Below are positions 59,930-64,000 of a stretch of 64,000 nt of DNA, one piece after another. The DNA is from Lepidodermella squamata (Eukaryota; Animalia; Gastrotricha): positions 558,001 through 622,000 of the forward strand of contig JBLDXI010000031.1 in the NCBI GenBank assembly GCA_047495785.1. The letters run 5' to 3'. The notes beneath the pieces were generated by a model, which worked only from the letters and a program-made list of their open reading frames with translations, was not told the origin of the DNA and made no database searches. Numbering within the stretch: position 1 is the stretch's first letter; every line of letters starts with the position of its first letter. The position numbers and the translations under genes were made by a program.

Positions 59930-62473
59930 TCATCTACGAAGTCTGTAGAAAGCCATACCAGGACTTGTTCCTATTTCGCAGCCGTTAGACCTTAGTCCAC
60001 AATTTTCGTTTTCCAGAATGAAATTGAAGCCGTAACAGTCGGAGTTGTCTTCACAAGCTGCTTTACACTCTTCGAGACCAGTATTTCGTCCAAGGGATAC
60101 GCTTCGTCCACCAGAGCAATTTGAAAATTCAATCAACTCCCATTTATCACGCTTCCTAGGCGTGGTGTTAGTCGCGATTTTCTTGTAGAACGAGAATTGA
60201 TCATTCGGCTGCTCGATGCAGCCTGAAGTCCTTAATCCACAAGTTTTCGCTTCGTTATGGAAATTAAAGCCGTAACAGTCCGGATTCTCCATGCATAAGG
60301 AAGAACAAGCTGCGAGACCATTTTGCCCCTCTCCTAGTCGAGTCGAAGCGCCAACTAAGCACGAAGTTCCTGGTCTTAAATCAAATCCATCCTGAGGTAA
60401 TGGCGCTTCAGGGATAGCTAAATTCCGTTTAGGATCCATGGCAGAGATATAAGTATCTGCTTCATTGGTTTTCCGGCGATAAAAAAGGGCTCCATCAGCT
60501 CTCTGAAGGACACAAGTCGTGTTCCTAACGATACACTCTCCGCGCCAGGGTAGATAGGTATAGCCGAAACATCCATCTATAGAGCTACATAAGGCCATGC
60601 AAAGTTTGGTAGAAGATCTAGGAGGCCCTATTCTCGACGCAGTGTCATTACTACAGCCACGATTCGGTACTACAACATAACGAGGCTCGACTGAAATTAC
60701 GTAACGGGGCGTTGAAGTCTTGAGAGTGGACATTACTGTGGTTGTAGGGTCTTGCCGTTTGATATATATCTCAGAGCTGCTATCGAGTTCCGTTGTACAA
60801 GCTGATGTGCTTAGGACACAGGTGCCCTCAGAAGGTCGCCAAGTCACCACAGCACAGTCTTCTCGGGACCAACAATTCGACTTACACTGGTTTAGGTCTC
60901 TGAGGATTGGGCCTATTTTTGTGTAAGCATCACCTAGACACCTCATTTTTGTATTTAAAAGGAACGCATTTTCAGGTATGGGCGAAATAGAGGTAGTGCT
61001 TGTAGTGCTCATTTCCATTGCAAGAGATTGAGACATTTTCCGGTAGAGAATAGCCCCTTCTTCCTGCTCAAGGCTACAGTCCTTAGTCCTGAGAAGGCAA
61101 TTTCCAGAACCAGACCGCCAGATTATTGCGAAGCAGTCATCTCTAGAGCTACAAATCGATCTGCACTTATCCAGATCATTAAGAGTTTCGCCTATTTTGG
61201 AGCTGGGAGGTCCGTTACATCTCATTCCTTGGTCCATTCGATAATTCGAGCCCATATTCCTAATAGGATCTTGAGTTCGAGCTGTTACTGCTTGAGTCAT
61301 TGGTATGTCTGAAACTAGGCCAGTTTTTCGATATAAAACCGCAGTGTCATCTTGGTCGATTGAGCATTGCCGGGTCCTTAGAACACAAGACCTTGATTGA
61401 GCGCGCCATGTAATCGCGTAGCATTGACTATTAGCTGTACAAACTGCCCTACACTGATCGAGGTCATCTATAGTTTCTCCAATCTTACTCGAAGGATCTC
61501 CTATACATCTCATACCCTGATCCGTTCGATAATTCGAAGCTAGATTCATCACAGGACTCCTGGTTCTTGGACTCGGAGCTTCAGTCACCGGATTGTCCAT
61601 AATTAGGTCATTTTTACGGTATAAAACTGCGGTGTTATCCTGTTCGACTGAACACATCTGGGTTCTAAGGATACAGTTTCTAGCCTGGGCGCGCCATGTA
61701 ATCGCGTAACATTGGCTATTAGCCGAACAAACTGCCCTACACTGGTCAAGGTCATACAAGGTCTCACCGATTTTACTAGAAGGATCTCCGCTACATCTCA
61801 TTCCTTGCTCCATACGATAGTTCGAATTGCCGGGTCTTGCTAAAGTTACAGGGTTATCAGTAACCCAGCCTTTCTTCCTATACAAATTCGCCGAGATATC
61901 CTGCTCGACAGAACATTCCTCAGTTCGGAGGATGCAGGACTTAGGACCAGGGCGCCATGTTATAGCGTAACATTGGCTATTCGACGAACAAACTGCCTTA
62001 CACTGGTCCAAATCATTCAAGGTCTCACCGATTTTACTTGGAGGTTCACCTACACATCTCATGCCTTGCTCCATAGTGAAGTCTACGTCATTTCTAGCCG
62101 GGGTCGATGGCCTAACTAGCGATCGCAATTTTTCATAGAAAACAGACCCTGGATCATCGACTGAGGAACAACCGGTAGATCGAGAAATACATGACTTATC
62201 TTCGATTCGGAAATTGAAGCCGAAACAACTAGGCTCGGAGTTGCAGAACTTAGCGCATAAGTTCGGGTCTCCCTTTTGGATATCTCCTAAGGCTGTACTA
62301 GGGCCCCCGGTGCACCTTTTGCCTTGAGTCGCGCGGTAACCGGCTACGTTGTTTACATCCTGCGCGGTAACTAAAAAACAAAAAATACCGGGAAGCAATT
62401 ATAGTGTTTTTTTGTTGTATAACTCACCTTCCTTTAGTGCGAGAATAATAAACAAGGAAATATGCCGCATCAT
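59930..62473 (-). CDS. Secreted PAN/Apple-like repeat protein H (9 modules; exons 62473-62428, 62370-59930)
   Basis: Signal exon MMRHISLFIILAL; modules 2-5 are recent duplicates. Confidence 0.85.
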
Positions 62474-62675
62474 TTTGTTGTGTTGTTTTGTTGTCGTGTT
62501 ATTTCACGTCAAACGACGTTCATGCACCAAACAAAAGCACTTGTAAATGACTTTACGCAAAAATATGCACCGAGAGCAGATTCACTTCACTTTATTGTTG
62601 TAAAAAGAACAAAATACATTATTATAAGCTCAAAATTTGAGATAGAAGCGCGTGGGTTGTGGGTGGTTTCTGTTT

Positions 62676-63107
62676 TCAAGAGGGCCGGACGATTTTGTAG
62701 AAAATTAAACCGGTCGCTGTTGCTTCGACGCAGCCGAAGGTTCGAATGGCGCAAACCTGCGTCAGGGTGATGTAATTGAAGCCGTAGCACGTCTCATCGT
62801 CCGAGCACATCTTCTTGCACGTATCCAGGCCTGAAGCGATGCCGAGAGATTGACTCGTCCCGCCTGCACATCGAATTTCGGCGAGAGGGGTGAAGTTCAC
62901 GCCCGCTGTCGCTGTAGTAGTAGTAGTGGCTGGTGTTTGATTATTTACGAGCAAAGCTGGATTTGATGTTCGTGGAGTAGTCGTGGTCGTGGTTGTTGTT
63001 GAGGTCCAAGTGGTGACAGCACTCGCTGCTTTTAAGAAGAATACGAAAAGATCGTCAGCGTATTCGTCGCATCCAGTTGACCTCAAGGTACAGCTACCAT
63101 CAGAAAG
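62676..63107 (-). CDS. Last exon of PAN/Apple-like repeat gene I (upstream exons not located, probably beyond the window)
   Basis: Acceptor ttctccag then LSDGSCTLRSTGC, Thr linker, and terminal RCAGGTS..CYGFNY..CAIRTFGC module. Confidence 0.75.
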   Translation of the reverse strand, partial: LSDGSCTLRSTGCDEYADDLFVFFLKAASAVTTWTSTTTTTTTTPRTSNPALLVNNQTPATTTTTATAGVNFTPLAEIRCAGGTSQSLGIASGLDTCKKMCSDDETCYGFNYITLTQVCAIRTFGCVEATATGLIFYKIVRPS

Positions 63108-64000
63108 CTGGAGAAAAAGAGAAATTCAGATACATTATACATTCAAGGCAGAATTGATGAGGGCTTTATTCGAGATATCTTCTTTCCTACAAATAGCGAA
63201 ACCCCGATTTCCCTTTGTCAGGAATCGTGATATGTAAATATTTAGGAGTGGGTTGGACTCACAGAGAGCAATAACTCGAAAAACTCCCTGCCTTTCCTCT
63301 AAATTTCGATTTTCAATCAGGATTTTTGTGGAACCGCAGAAGACGCGAAATCGGGGTTTCGCGGTTCTTACTTGTTATCTTTATCTTTATTCAGGGGGAA
63401 TCTACGAAATAGATATTTAATTTTTAAAATAAAGAATGAGTGACACCATAAATTGTCAGAGACAAAAAACGTATCGTTGAAAATTCGACACGAGCCAGTT
63501 CCAAGGCCCAAAAGTCTTTCACACGTATCCTTATTGCTAGAGGGTTTTATTGCTATTATTCCTATTGGGTATGCTTTATTTTTATGAAGGCATTCTTAAA
63601 TTGCATGTATTAACCTAACAATGTAGACGCCATGTCTGTTTAGCCTGTGAAACTCATAAATTGGGGAGGAAAAACGATAGAAATCCTACATTTAATCCAC
63701 CTTGAAAAAGATTATCAATGGAACGGCCCACTTTGATTACTAATTACGTTTATTATTGAGCCATTATTTCTTACCAGGGACAGAAATAACCGAATATTAG
63801 TTATTATTAAGGAGCACTACTCTTTAATGGTTTTCGAGCTTTTTATCAATTAATTGCTTAATTCACGACTCTGATGACTTCAATTCAACTAAAATTTTCA
63901 GTTGGTAAAACCAAATCAGGTAAAATAAAAGAAGGAATAAAATGGTATCCCAATTTCAGAAATACCAAATCTCGGAAGTACGGAAGGTATTCAAGGCAAA

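Overview
Eukaryotic (invertebrate animal-type) genomic DNA with short GT-AG introns; no prokaryotic features or CRISPR. The window is almost entirely lineage-expanded secreted or cell-surface gene arrays mixed with transposon debris. (1) Three tandem copies of a Ly6/quiver-like three-finger gene lying tail-to-tail with a C-type lectin gene; only the third lectin copy is intact. (2) Nine minus-strand genes for secreted mucin-like proteins carrying about 56 small 6-Cys PAN/Apple-like modules, in two clusters (17.1-20.7 kb and 45.7-63.1 kb). (3) Five tandem, highly divergent pentameric ligand-gated ion channel (nAChR-like) subunit genes. They have an atypical C-x14-C loop, lack the loop-B Trp and loop-C cysteines, and have a very short M3-M4 loop, so they are candidate novel chemosensory channels. 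(4) A single-sushi gene with a possible GPI anchor. (5) A C-type-lectin receptor tyrosine kinase whose ectodomain exon has a stop codon and an inverted duplication. Mobile DNA includes a 5'-truncated CR1/L2-type LINE, a decayed Jockey-like RT, a hAT remnant, CACTA-, Harbinger- and hAT-type non-autonomous elements with recognisable TSDs (one carries a tRNA-like sequence), and two tandem gag/ORF1-only zinc-knuckle genes with no RT. Exon models were derived by eye; no database searches were run.
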